Origin: Phoronis australis
Lineage: Eukaryota > Animalia > Phoronida
Direction: 5' to 3'
DNA: 64,000 nucleotides
Assembly: GCA_002633005.1 (NCBI GenBank)
Contig: NMRA01000483.1
Coordinates: 51,964-115,963, forward strand
Shown here: positions 11,101 through 24,000 of the stretch, in pieces
Layout: each line of letters begins with the position of its first letter
Position numbering within the stretch: the first letter of the stretch is position 1
Program-made: the position numbers and the translations under genes
The notes under the pieces: model-generated
Database searches by the model: none
The model's input: only the letters and a program-made list of their open reading frames with translations
Told to the model about the DNA's origin: nothing

Positions 11101-12702
11101 CCATGACCCTGGAATGGCGATCGAAAACCACAACCCCCATCTACTCAAAACGTCGACACTGTGAAGTTTTCAGTAAGGCCCTCAGTTGACGCAGCTTTTA
11201 ACTAAAATTAGGGGGAAGGGAAATCTATATACCCAGCGGTAACTCTCAGCTCTATGCTTCTGAGATCAGACGTAGTTAGTAATACCAGAAATGAGGATGC
11301 AACGACGGTTGTTCGCAAAGAACGGGACTCTGATGTCAGTGTGGTCCAGAACGTTCTTGCGTTACCTCCTGCCAAACTTTCAAATCAGATGTGCTTAACT
11401 GAGATATTACACCTACTCAGACATAAATATTTAGTCGGAGGGTGACTCGACGAAATTTTTATCTAGTTATATTTTTGCGTTTTACTAAAGTTGCTTACAT
11501 CATTGGAAATGGGAACAGCTCACTGCTCCAAAGGTTCACTACTATGAAAAGATCTATCTTTTCCCTCTCCAATGTAATTTTATACTTTTACGTGCAAAAA
11601 TGAACGATACTTAGGTTATTGGAGGCACTGGGTAGTGTACCTATACCGAAAACAACGCCCGGGTACTAAAACACACGGCCGGAGTGAAATTAAATGTAGT
11701 TAGTAGTCTACACTGCCCATGCTGGTCAGCGTGTCCCATTCAGTCTTCTAAATTTAAAACCGTTAGTCGCTGCAACCCTGACCCGAGCCCCATGCGATGT
11801 CCCTGCTTGAGAATGAATCATTTAAGATTCAAGAATCACAATTGGCAGTGACTGGAACTGAGCTCATTCGTAAACAATGTATTTACAGTAGGAGACACCT
11901 TTGTGCAGTGGTCGATTGGCTGTCAGTAAAGCCAAGATTCGAACGTGGTTCTTCTAAAAGAGAGTCCGGAGCTCAAACCACTTGCCCACATTGTCTCCTC
12001 TATAGTATAGTGAATTAAATGAAAATATCAAGAATTTGCAATTCACGTACAAACCGTACCTCATGCCTGTCTGCAAGGTTTTATAGCTAGAATTTTATCA
12101 ACTCGATAAATTTGCGTGAATTTTATCTCAATTAAAACTGGTTACATGTACACGTACATATACATAACGACCCTTTCTGTCTATGTCTGGCCCACGAGGT
12201 TGTGCTTTGATCTTGACTGTTTTCGTTTAAGGCTCTTACGACGCAACCATCAGTACAGGATCTTTTGGTGCCAAGCATTTGGAAGCGGCGTCTCTCGTGG
12301 AGTTTGTTCGTCTGACAAAGACAGGTGATTTTGCTGAAACCTTTAACGACACTTGCAGCATTGTGTTAAAAAACACTTGCCGGGCTGTAGTTGTACTCGG
12401 GATTCTACCATAAGCACATTTTTAATCTCAGTTTTGCTGAAACCTTTGAAATATAGATTCTTCTTCTTTACTAAGCAAATGCTGTGTAAAGATGTTTTGT
12501 TTTGTTTTGATTGACAGGAGGATTCATCATCATTGGAATTCTAGAGGATTTTCTCGCACAAGACCCCGACACGAGAACTTTTGAAACTGTTCTGCAAACT
12601 TTATGTGACCAGGGGAAATGTCAACTGATTCAGAAAAGAGTTTGTCCTGTGTTTGACTTCCAAAGAAGACCTGGATTTGTTTTTGTTATTCAGAAAAAAT
12701 AA
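8147..12702 (+). CDS. METTL27: METTL27/WBSCR27-like class I SAM-dependent methyltransferase, paralog A (214 aa, 5 exons)
   Basis: Exons 8147-8245, 10538-10666, 10934-11072, 12232-12324, 12518-12702; all GT-AG and frame-consistent (645 nt). Motifs: YDKW..YE, motif I ILDVACGTG, GF.NVDGLDGSQGM, YDATISTG.F...H, E.VRLTK.GG.I. Confidence 0.85.
9750..10010 (+). mobile_element. Possible highly decayed RTE-type LINE reverse-transcriptase fragment
   Basis: LTTIHKRDNTNSC and later EMDVCRC loosely resemble the RTE motifs IPKKG...C.NYR and 'dvy.CFID'. Frames are broken. Confidence 0.25.
11800..11998 (-). mobile_element. tRNA-derived SINE fragment
   Basis: The minus strand reads GGAGACAATGTGGGCAAGTGG (A box) ... 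CCACGTTCGAATC (B box). The 3' boundary is approximate. Confidence 0.5.
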
Positions 12703-12963
12703 CCAGTGAACGGTGTCATAATATGAAAGACCGTTGTGGACATATACCTCAACAGACTTTTCGTACCCATTGATGTTATTTTGATGCTGAAGAGTATCAT
12801 TTAATGAATTTCGGGGTGCATTAATAGTTGCTATTTTAAATTAATTATTAATCAAATTTCCAAAACAAGCTCGGAATTTGTCAAGCGATCTCCTATTGAG
12901 CGAGGAACGTATCAATGATGAACTGGAAATACACTAGGTGTCGCAAGTGAAGAAAGGGGCCTA

Positions 12964-13208
12964 GGACCCGTTCCAAGAAACTGACTTTTAAGTCAACTTA
13001 AAAGTTCATTTTTGACTTAAGTCCAAGATTTATCTCAAATTTCAAACTTTGAAACTTCCACATCTGATAAGTCAAAATTTAGACAACGCTTAAGTCAACC
13101 TTCAGATCTCTTTTTTGAAATAGTTTTGAGACAAATTAAAGTTTTATCTTAAAATTGGCTGAAAGTTAAGATCTGTTTTAGCTAAGACAGTTTTCTTGGA
13201 ACGGGCCC
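12964..13208. mobile_element. PIF/Harbinger-like MITE
   Basis: TIR GG(A/G)CCCGTTCCAAGAAA(A)CTG at both ends; 3-bp TSD CTA at 12961-12963 and 13209-13211; AT-rich TTAAG-repetitive interior. Confidence 0.7.
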
Positions 13209-13729
13209 CTATTCTCGCAAACAGCTCCCAATTACCATTAGTCTGGGGAACAATTCGAAAATGAGACCATTTGGTCGGATTTTTACCTTAGTAGGCTACG
13301 ATCTGCGTATTTCGACATTTCAAATTGTCTCTTCTTTCTCTGACTCATTTTCTGTACTTTTTCTGTCTTAACCAAATAATTATTCATTGGTTACACAATG
13401 ATTTCAATTGGAAGCAGTTTTTTTCGATAATCTATGAGATTCCAAAATAGAAGCACAGATGTAGGCGTACTGTAAACCAAAACAAAGTGTTCCGACATTG
13501 TTAGGAGTGGGCATGGTGATCGCAACCGACAAACAACCCACGTTTGTCAGTTGTCACTCTAGGTTATGACTGAAGTTGCGCCAGTCAAGGATGTAAACAC
13601 ATGCTTTTTATATACAGCTGATTTAAGTACACTTTGGCGGCAACTAACCTAGTACTAGAAATGGCGAATGGTGATAACTGGCCCGAAGGATTAGAACTGG
13701 TTGCGACGGGGCTGGTGAAATTCCCACAC

Positions 13730-13810
13730 CAGTGGGGGATTTAGAGTGGGGGCCCAAGGGGGCTATGCCCCCCCCCTAAAATTATCTCATTCCATTTGGC
13801 AGTTCGGGGN
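13730..13810 (+). repeat. Dispersed repeat end (CAGTGG.GGATTTAG...GGCTATGCCCCCC family)
   Basis: Near-identical to 33438-33512 (GGCTATGGCCCCCCTAAAATTAT...CCATTTGGCAGTTCGG); resembles a hAT-type MITE terminus. Confidence 0.55.
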
Positions 13811-14230
13811 ATCCTGCCCCGCCCTTGCAGACAAACAGCCAAGCCCAGATGTGTCGGGAAAAGTGTTGTGTGAAAAACGCGCTAAAAAGCAAGCTACGCG
13901 AGTGAAAGACGAGTCTCGCGTGGATTTTCGGGACCTTACTAGAAGTAGCGTATGGAATCATGGGATTATAGACTATGATGGAATAGAGTTCGATGCTTCC
14001 TTCCACATAGCGAATGTTTCTCTCCTCATGTGTGACGACACCACAGGCCGGGCAATCCGGATTAAAGAAAACATCTTGATTCTGTGCCACATATATACGT
14101 TTACTGAAAAAACAACGAACAACGAGATATCAAAATCTACCAAACTGACACTGCATACCGGGTAACATTCCACACTAGCTAAACAGAAAAACCTACAAAG
14201 AGCAGCTACAGACTAAACGACACCAAATTC

Positions 14231-14472
14231 GGCCTCCCGTTCAGTAACGCTAGGACCTCGCTAAAAAGCAAGACTTCGCGAGATTACGTGAGATATTGCC
14301 GTGCATTTTAAGTGAGAACACGTGACTTTGACTAGGTTTTAGCTAGGTCCTATTTGAGCGATAAAATGACACGTGATTGATGAAAAGCGCCATCTGTTAG
14401 CCGTAAAGGTTTTGGATGAGCGGGTACCTTTTGCGTCCTAGCATAGGTCCTAGCGTCTACTGAACGCACGCC
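14231..14472. mobile_element. MITE with GGC..CGTTCAGTAACGCTAGGAC TIRs
   Basis: Inverted termini 14231-14257 vs 14445-14472. A shorter copy in opposite orientation lies at ~45634-45788. Confidence 0.7.
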
Positions 14473-15804
14473 AGGTTTCTGAAGGAGAGGAGACACCTGG
14501 TGGCACACTGCAAGCTACATAAACAAAACAAACCGCGACTATGTGAATTAACATCACGTGTTTCAACAGTGTCGTGGGTTGTGGGGAGCGCACTCCAGTC
14601 TTCCAAATTTAAAGTCGCAAAATTTCTTGTACTGTAAAAGAAGAGAACTTTTGACTTCGAGCGCTTACCGCTAATAAGTTATGATCTCGACCACTAATGA
14701 AAAGAGGTTTCCTGGTTTGTGAAGTCCTTGCAGTTCGTTATACCTTGGGACCATGCTCTGGACAAAAAATACATGGCGTGACAAGACAAGTTGTTGAGCT
14801 TGATTTCAAGCAGGAACAAATTTTCAGTTCTTTCGAAGCTCCGAAATCTATAATTTAACTAATTTGGTACCAATTTGACTAATTTGGTGCCAATTTCGAA
14901 ACGGTAAGTGGTCTAAATCCTAAATATTTTGTTATGATGGAATGTGGGTTTAGCGGTTTCAAGTGACACAGCAAAACAAATTATTCCACAGAAACAACTT
15001 CCGATCGCCATAACCCTGATCCCTTCACTGCAAGTTTCACATCCCCATTATCAACAACTTTCTACTCAGTCGGACATAACAACTTTCGACCAGTCGCCCC
15101 TTTCTCTAGTGTGACCCCCACTGAACTACCGTCGCCATGGGCTGGGGCTAATAACTGATTTTTGCGGTTCTTCGAAAATTGTAGCTTAGTTGGCTTATAA
15201 TCGTTACCTTCTGGGACTGAATATTTGTGCTGCTCTGTACTTGGAGATCTTGACTAATCCACACCTCATTTTACACTTGGACAGAAGTGTTCTGACAATC
15301 TGAGGTTAAAACCTTTTGAATCTGTTTATGGAATTTGAGTAGTGAATGGCTGCTTTTCGTACAGGTCCGACTGTTGTATGTTCTTAGGGCATTGTGCATT
15401 TCCTAACCTGTGCTTTCCAAAACAGATATAGTTTGACAGAATAGGCTACTAACGCACGAAATACGCAGACTGCAAAGAAACGAGTAAAATGCGCGCAAAG
15501 TGAAGAACCGGTAAACACAATTATCGAGAGAATGAAAAGGAGACAGCCGACTATAGGATCACACGTAAACGCGGAACAAGAAAAAATGGAAGTAGAGAAC
15601 AAGGGGGNCGGGGATGGTAATTAAAAAAATATAGCGTTAGTTACTATTCAGTTGAAACAGTCCATAGCCGAAAGGGTTGACGTATAAACACAACTACTGA
15701 ACAAATGTGCGGAAGTGAACGTGAGAACTGCTGATCTGGTGAAAACGCGGCCTGTAGGAAGGTAAACATCATTAGGGGAGGGGACACAATCCAATTCGAC
15801 TTCG

Positions 15805-16095
15805 CCAAGCCCAAAAATGTAGTACAACGCCTGGAGTTCCATTAGATCAGAGTTTTCGCCACGTGCCTTCTGTATGAAATCAATGAAAATTTCATATATT
15901 GCTCAATACTACTTGAACTAAAAAAAGATCATGAATGTGCACGACCAATTAATCTTGCACGTCAATGAGCAATGCGTTTAATTTGATAAAAAGATTTTAT
16001 CCTTTTTGATCGCATGTTTGTGAATTTAACCACCAAGTCAATAAACGATGCATTTATTGTCGTTTGAATTGCGAGTGCATTTTTGAGACACCCTG
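15805..16095. mobile_element. Degenerate Tc1/mariner-type MITE (copy 1)
   Basis: Right TIR TTTTTGAGACACCCTG followed by TA (16096-16097). The left end is decayed (CCCAAAAA...CAACGCCTGGAGTTC). Homologous to 27378-27765. Confidence 0.5.
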
Positions 16096-18023
16096 TAGCA
16101 CTGTCTTTATGTCAATTTTTAGAGTTATTCAGATAGGCAAAATCGACTATACTTTGCTATTTGAGGATCGGATGATTTTTCCAACTTCAGCCTGCAACTG
16201 GGTACATTGAAGCAACGTCACTCCTTACAAGATTAACTTCTAATTGTCAAACACTAAGAGCAACGCGGAGCGTTGAAACGCGCCCACGATAGCACCCCCA
16301 CCCCCCCCACACACACACAGGGTATCTTCTATGGGTTTTTAGTATCGTAAAAATGAACATTAGATGGCGCAAAATGCGTCAAACCCATCCGAATTGAGAA
16401 GGTGGCGTCGTCTCTGTAAAACACAATTATTTTCCTAATTTCATGAAAATAAACCACGAAACTCTTAAGATTTAGAGGCAAGCGTAAGAAAACAATTGAC
16501 ACAAGGGGACTCTGCTATAGTCCGATTGATCTGACACTCATTGTCATCTGTTGCCATCTCCATAGAAGGCCATCTGCCAAATTTCGATCGCAAAGATCTT
16601 TCAAAGAGTAAAGGACTGAGATACAGCCGTAGAGTCAAAAAAAAACTGTACCTAAGGGGCGCCAGAATTCAAAAACAAATCCGAAAATCAACACCAGCCA
16701 GGGTCTTCGCATCAGGAAAACAACCGTCAATGAATTTTCATGATCGTCCTCAGTTTGAGTGGTTTGGGAGATAGAGAGGCAGGCCGTCAATTTTTTTTTA
16801 ATGGACATCAGGTGGTGCAGAAAACATCTGTCTGAAAATGGGAAGGCGTTGTTTTTTCTTAATAGAACCTATTTGCCGAATTTCATGGAAATGCATTCAT
16901 GAACTCCGCTGAAGATACATCGGAGGTACCGTAAAAAGTCATTTTGCTATTAGGGGGCACAGTGCCCAGTGGCATTTGGGTTAGTTCGCCATTTGTTACC
17001 GTTTGTCGTCGGCTCCATAGGAACTCATCTTTCAAAATCTGCGCGTTACAAATTTTCCCGACTTTTTCCGATTTTCAGTTCGAAATACGTGTATATACCG
17101 TAATCGTTCGGGTTAACGCCTTGGGCGGTTAAATTGGCGAACCCAAACGGGATTGTCAAGTCCGGCAACTTCCCAGTAAACATGAGAGTATTGGCCCAGT
17201 ACTGGATTTCTGTTGCTTGATAACGCTTGTACCGTATACCGGTTTACGTTTCTGGGCCACGAATGGCCCAGTACCGTCCCCACGACACTAACCCAGTGAA
17301 CTTTCCCTTAGCGGCTCGCCGGTATTGGACCGGTAAACACAGACTTGAACACAAGAGGGCAGTTAGAGGCTTGCCCACAGNAATGAAGTTCGCGCCCGCT
17401 GTCCCGCTGCCAGAAAGTGACGATCCAATAGGTGATCGCAGTTTAATGATCAAGTTTTTGCGGGTTTTAGTTGAGAAACGAAATGTGTCGATTTCACCGT
17501 CAAAAACCGACACATTTTAAAATGCGCGTTTTCACTTTACGACCCTATATCGTGTCATATATCCTTCAACCACTAACTGGGAGCTCTCATCATGATGATT
17601 GCGTAAGGTTTAGTCCCTTAAACTTCCAGGTATAACTCTAAATTCAACTATAGTACTCCGGAAGCAAGTGATCGTTCTCGTAGTTCTCCCCACAACGGCT
17701 ACAACTTCCCTTGCTTAAACGTTCATTCGTTTTAATTCACAAGTCCTCAGTGTCCGGGCTCGATAACGAGACCCCCGCCGCGTCCCGATTGCAGTAGCCA
17801 ATAGCATTACCTGGCGCAAGGAACCTCTCACTAATAGAAGACCAGATAAGATTTCGCTAGATATTGACGTGGGTTGGCCTACTACAAAGCATGTGATCAC
17901 TTGTTAGGTGGTTTCGCGAGGCGTGTATGGAGCAAAATCCTGAATTTCAAGTTGGAATAGTGCAGTCGTGAACAGCTCCCTGCTGCGTTGTTCCAGAAAA
18001 AGGCCTATCTGTCTATCCCAACA

Positions 18024-21000
18024 ATGGATCGCTTTCTTCTGATGAAAGAATACGATAAGCAGGAAGAGAAATCGTCGAAAGACATCTGCGAAGTTTACGA
18101 CGGCTGGGACGATTACGAAAAGGTACAACTTCGTCATAGGCCTACCGAATTATATACCTGGGCTGAAAACAGTCAGCTGCTTGCTCACCGTGTGCGCGTG
18201 TGCAAGTGTGAGCAAAGACCTGTGTCAAATGACCGCCTTGGTCAGCTTGGTGCAAACTCATCAGAGACCCACTTCAAGTTGTAGTAAAACTAATAAGTAA
18301 CAGCCGAGATTATCCGACCCGATCGAATCAGCGACCCCCATAACCGGCGAGCGTGCTAACTATATCAGCTAATACTATAGCGAGTTGCTAAACAGAGGCT
18401 CATGTGATTCGTTCACTGGAGGCACTCCGGATCTACAAGTGACAAAGTGATAGATTTTGACTAGGCAATGACCATCGCCTCTGTTCGGGCCAACAGAGGC
18501 GATGGTCATTGCCTAGATTTTGACTTGCATGTAATGCTTATTGCTTTTAGTTTTTCTTGGTGAAACGAAATTTCTACAAACCTGCTGCTTTATAGTGAAA
18601 AATCAGTACCAGGCTTCCTAACCAGGCGACCAAAAAGCAATGTTGCCCGTAGGCGAGTGATTAAGAGAGCACTTAATATATACACTCACTGCAGATTCAT
18701 CACATTAAGTTCCCGTCCAATGATTGGGGATAACGCCGCCTGGAACTCAACATTCAAATTTTTATTCCAGTTCACCAAGTGTAGCTCCTTGGAGCGCTTT
18801 CATTTTAGTTTTGTTTCATTGTTTTCACACTGTACAGATCGCAATTTTTATCAGATCCAAATGAAACTTACACACACCTGCTTAGATGACTAGTTATTCA
18901 TAGCTGCACCTACGTTATTTGTGCTAGAGATGGCATTTTTTGTCTGATAGACAGGAGTCAATAGCCCGAAGACTTTTGTTCTTGGGCGAAATCAGATGCC
19001 AGATGGCGCTGTGATGGCCATTTTTCAAATTATGCTTACGGAGCTCTAGCTCTGCGGCGATTCTTTGACCAAACCTTTTCAAATTAGGTTGATCTCATGG
19101 GCTATCTCAATATATTACCTTTAATTTTTTTCATTTTCACCAAGTTTTGCTCCGTAGAAATTAAGCTTTCATTTTTACATCCATGGAATGGTGATGGAGT
19201 TATTTAAGGTCTGACTCTTTCTGCATACTTAACTGATATTGTTATTTTCTGAATCCTCACGTCATGGATGATTCCGAAAATTTATTACTTGTACCGAGTG
19301 ATCTCTTCTTATTCTATAGAGTTGGATTGTAAATAGTAACATTTTTTAAAATTTAGACTCTCAAAGGAGCCTCGAAAAATTTTCAGCAAGTTTGTTGGCA
19401 TATTAAAGTAATGGTCCACTGTTTCATTTAGAAAATGGTACTTTCTATGCAGCTGAATAACATAATATGACAACTGCAACATGAAATGTATATTTTGAAT
19501 GAGAGAAAAATGCAAATTCACAAAATCACTATCAGCTGCTTGCATTAAGTACATAAGTTGACACCATATAACAAAATTAGAAGGATATTTTGATGTCCGA
19601 ATCAATGTCAATACAGCATTGTCGATGATTGACAAAAAGTCATTAACTTTTTACATTTTTAATGGAAACTGCAAAATGGGAATTTTACTTTACAAATGTG
19701 CGCAAATCTAAGCTCGCCATATTTCAAAGAATTTCGTAATCTATTTGAACATCCTTTAATTGCTATATCTAAATTATTGGTTTTTCCTAAGTACTATGAT
19801 GCATATTTTTCTAATGCATAGACTGTACAGCATCCTATAAAAATGAAAACACGTTCTAAATTAAAACAAAATTGAAGGGAACCCTAAAATTTTATTAGGA
19901 ATCCATTTAACACTGCTCCAGGAACACCTTAATGGAAACTTTTTTGTGGTTGGAATCTCACACATAGGTCAATTAAAAATGATTTGAGGCATTGTCATTC
20001 AATTTCACACTTGTGTTAGCCCATTCGATCTCAGCTACCATGTAATAATGTTGGCCATGGGTCTTTGGAGACCAGTTCTGCGACCACTGTTTTGGGGGAT
20101 GGTATTTTTGATTCATGAAATGAAACAAAAAGCTTCAACTTGAACATTTTCATGAAATAGATTTTTCAATGTGGTCACTTCAATTTGCAAATTGGAATAA
20201 AACATTAAAACAATGAAATGAGGTGTGATTGTGCAAATAATACTTCCATAGTAATAAATAGGCACAGCTTTGTTAATTTTTAACATTAAATACAAATTTC
20301 TGAATTTCTGAGTGCCATATGGTGGTGAAATTTGGAAAATTTTGCCTGTTAATTTGATAGTACATTTACAATGGAAAGCATTTGGATTTCAAAAAGATTC
20401 ATTAAACTTACTCAAGACTCAGATATTTCATACATTCTTCATTAGGACCATTCTTAATAGCAACTTGCATTTCACCAATTCCACGTTTTGTACTTGTGTA
20501 AACTGTGAGCATTTTCAATTTAACAAAATTAGGTAAATGCTGAGATTTCAAGAGAAATATCTGTTGCTTTTTTATCAAAATTAAACAGGAACTAACACCT
20601 GTCATTACGATCATTCAAGAAGAAGACCTTCAAGTTTTAGAATGTTTGCATTCATTGTAATTTTGTTTTGACTTTCTTTTAAAGGAAATTGTGTTTTTCT
20701 AAAAAAGAAATTGATTGCAATGCCAACACTAACCGAAAAAAGGAGCTGGTCTCTAGATCTGCGTCATCTTTATTCTACCATCCAGCTGCTTTTCAGAGGA
20801 TACTCCCCCAGCCTGTTGGTCCCGTCTCCATGTCCCCTTGGCTAGGTGTCTCCTTAAACCGATATCTGCCCGCCTAGCCTGGTGAAGGGGGGAGGGGGAT
20901 AAAATGAGTGACAGATTGGGGCACATGTTAATGAACTGAGTGGAATGCAGCATTGTATTGGTTAGGCATGTTATTCAATATAGGCCGTGACATTTCAACC

Positions 21001-24000
21001 AAGGATCAGCAGTTGCAATGTATGTTATTTTTCTTCTGTTGTAGTTGACTGATTTTGTCATTCAAACAATGAAAAAGTTTTATTTTTAAGGACGGATTTA
21101 ATTTTTGTATTATCGCAGTGTCTAAAATGGGCAGAAACAGGCAGTGGCTATCATCTTCGTTCTATAGTACACTGAAATGGCGTCCAACTGATATTTCATC
21201 CCAATTTTGCATCATCATGCATGTGTGTTGTGCAGCGATCGTTCTCTCTCTCTCTCTGTCTCTTTCGCTCTCCCTCGTTTTCGCCCTCCCTCTCTNNNNN
21301 NNNNNNNNNNNNNNNNNNNNNNNNNNNNNNNNNNNNNNNNNNNNNNNNNNNNNNNNNNNNNNNNNNNNNNNNNNNNNNNNNNNNNNNNNNNNNNNNNNNN
21401 NNNNNNNNNNNNNNNNNNNNNNNNNNNNNNNNNNNNNNNNNNNNNNNNNNNNNNNNNNNNNNNNNNNNNNNNNNNNNNNNNNNNNNNGCTGCAATATTAG
21501 ACATTGCCTGTGGGACTGGTCTTGTTGGTTTGGAGGTAAGACAGCACACTGAAGACATGCCGTTTTTAACATGTTTTTTAAGAATATCTCAAACAGACAA
21601 ATTTAGAAGCATGGCATGTATTTAGTTTTCAAGCACGTATTGATTATTACTTTAACTGATATCAGTCAAGCTTTGTGTGGGAAGTGTTTCATGATCAGAA
21701 CTATATGCAGTATTAGAAACAGTTCTCAAACAGATGTGTTTACTTAGTGTGTGTTGAACTAAAGCAAACGGCTCCTAATTTTACTCTCAGTACTTAGCAA
21801 AATTTCAATTACATTCCCACTTTAAAATTTGTTAAAGATTCCTCAACAAAATTCACTTTTAACTAATCTTTCACATTACGCGCCCCCCCATTCAAATTTC
21901 AGTGCATTCTTTGAGGCTATTAACAGATCACTGAAATTAGCACTCTATTGTGTGGTGATAATGGTGTACACTACGTAACCTTATTGCATTAGACCCATTT
22001 TTTTCTTGCTGAAAAACACGAAGCTTATTTTATCAAAATTTTGTAAATTAGGTCTCAGTTCTTTAACACTGACCAGGTAAGATCATGCTTAGTCATGCCC
22101 TCCAACTCTTAATAATAGATTTTCCTTGGGCACATGAGGGATTGAAATCAAAAGGCCCTTTCATTCTAACTTAATTCCAATATGAGAGGAAAGTTGTTAG
22201 TTGGACCTTTCATACCGGCTTCGGTAGTTAATGGATGTCGAAATAAATGGCGAGTGATGTTGTCGACATTGAAGTTATTGCGATAGCAGTGGCCTCTCTG
22301 TTCGTGTTCTTGATGAGACCAAAGTTGTTCATACCGAGCAGAAGTGTTGATGCCAGCAGTTGAATCAACCTATTTACTGCAAAGTTAGCTAGGACTGAAG
22401 TTAACCGTTCATACAGACTATAACTTCCCGCAATGTTGACGGTCAACATTTAAGCATGAGAGTGAGAGAAAAACTTTTATTTTTTAAATCGTGTAAAAAC
22501 ATACATTGTCATGTGACTGGGTGGCCATTAAAGGCACGCGCTGCTAATAGCCTTTTAAGATTTTTGATTTTGTGCCGTACCACCTTCCTTAATCCATTGG
22601 GTAAAAATGCACCGATTTCTTTAGAAATGTGTGTGAAACGTGTTACTGAGGAATTTTACTAAGGACACACTGCAGATTTCCTCTGTATTTCAGCTTGCAA
22701 ATCGTGGCTTCCACAATGTTGATGGTTTAGATGGAAGCCACAACATGATAAATCGATCAAAAGAGCGAGGTTTATACAGGAAAACTTTCGTCTCCTTGTT
22801 TAGTGACCAACCAACTGAAGGGCTGATGGCCGGTGAGTGTTTTTAGGCAATTGCCATGGGTGACATCAGAGATTTCTGTAAAGTATCTGTATATGTAGAA
22901 TTGTGAATAGTCCTGTTCCATGAACAGGACTATTCACAAGTTTGTTATTCTATATATACAGCTCCTAATTTTCGAGTAACTGTAGAATTTTCAGATCAGT
23001 CTTTGACCCGTGTGTTGTTATTTAGACCACTCTCGAGGTACTGAGAAGACATACCAGAAGTTGATAAGGAGATCAAATAAATAAGACCATATTATTTATA
23101 TAGGGCCTGCTTAACAAAAGCTGTTGTATGCCTGGTCCTAGCTAACACAGTCATAGGCATGTCGTTGTGAATGCAACGCTGCATTTCTTGATAAATGTAA
23201 CTGCGAAATGTTGCAACTGATGTGATAGTTTGGTTACCGTAAAAATTCTCCAAGTTTGGCCAGTCTCTATAATTTAGGACACAGAAACTCCCAAAATTTG
23301 TATTTTCTTATTATGGAATTTCGAACAAGTGCAATTTTGGCGTTTGCCATATTTTTCGAATTTCAGACAATGTGTTTTCAATCTACAGAGTGGTAATTTC
23401 GCCGTCTTTCTACTGATTCTTGAATTTGAAGTGGCCAATACTCACCATTTCCAGTGTCTGTCATTCAGCGTCTACTGCTGTGTCTCATAAACCCCTTGCT
23501 GGATCTTATTGAAATGTGTTAGATGTGTCCCTACCGAGGTTAAGTTCCGTAGATAATCCCACCCGATGAAATCCTCATTGGCGTTTATTCGAAAAATTAT
23601 ACCAAGTAAATACCCATGGGTGTTTATTTGGTGCTACAACTTCTGGTGTCAAACATCCAGATAGTGGGGCGTTGATTCAGAAATTTCCTCTTGAAAGCCC
23701 TCTCCCAGTCAACTTTTTGTCCCAAATTCAGTGTTATGGAACATTTATCATTTATATAAACGAGCAAGGTGTTGGAGAAGTATGCATTTATTAACATAAA
23801 ATTCAAAATCGCAGTTTTAAGAAAAAATGTCTAAGTCAGAAAAACTATGACTTTCGTTTTCATGCCCCCCTTTTCTGAATTTTTTTCGGTTTACCTCTGT
23901 ATCTTCGGAAGACCTCAACGTATTTCCCTAAAATTTGGAATATAGGCATCTATTATTGAGATGAAACTATCCTCTCGTTTTTGGATGGATTCGACGTAGT

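Noticed and set aside
21118-21625. Long ORFs in the provided track
   Set aside because: They are open only because they cross the N gap; only the paralog B exon 2 tail (21488-21535) is real.
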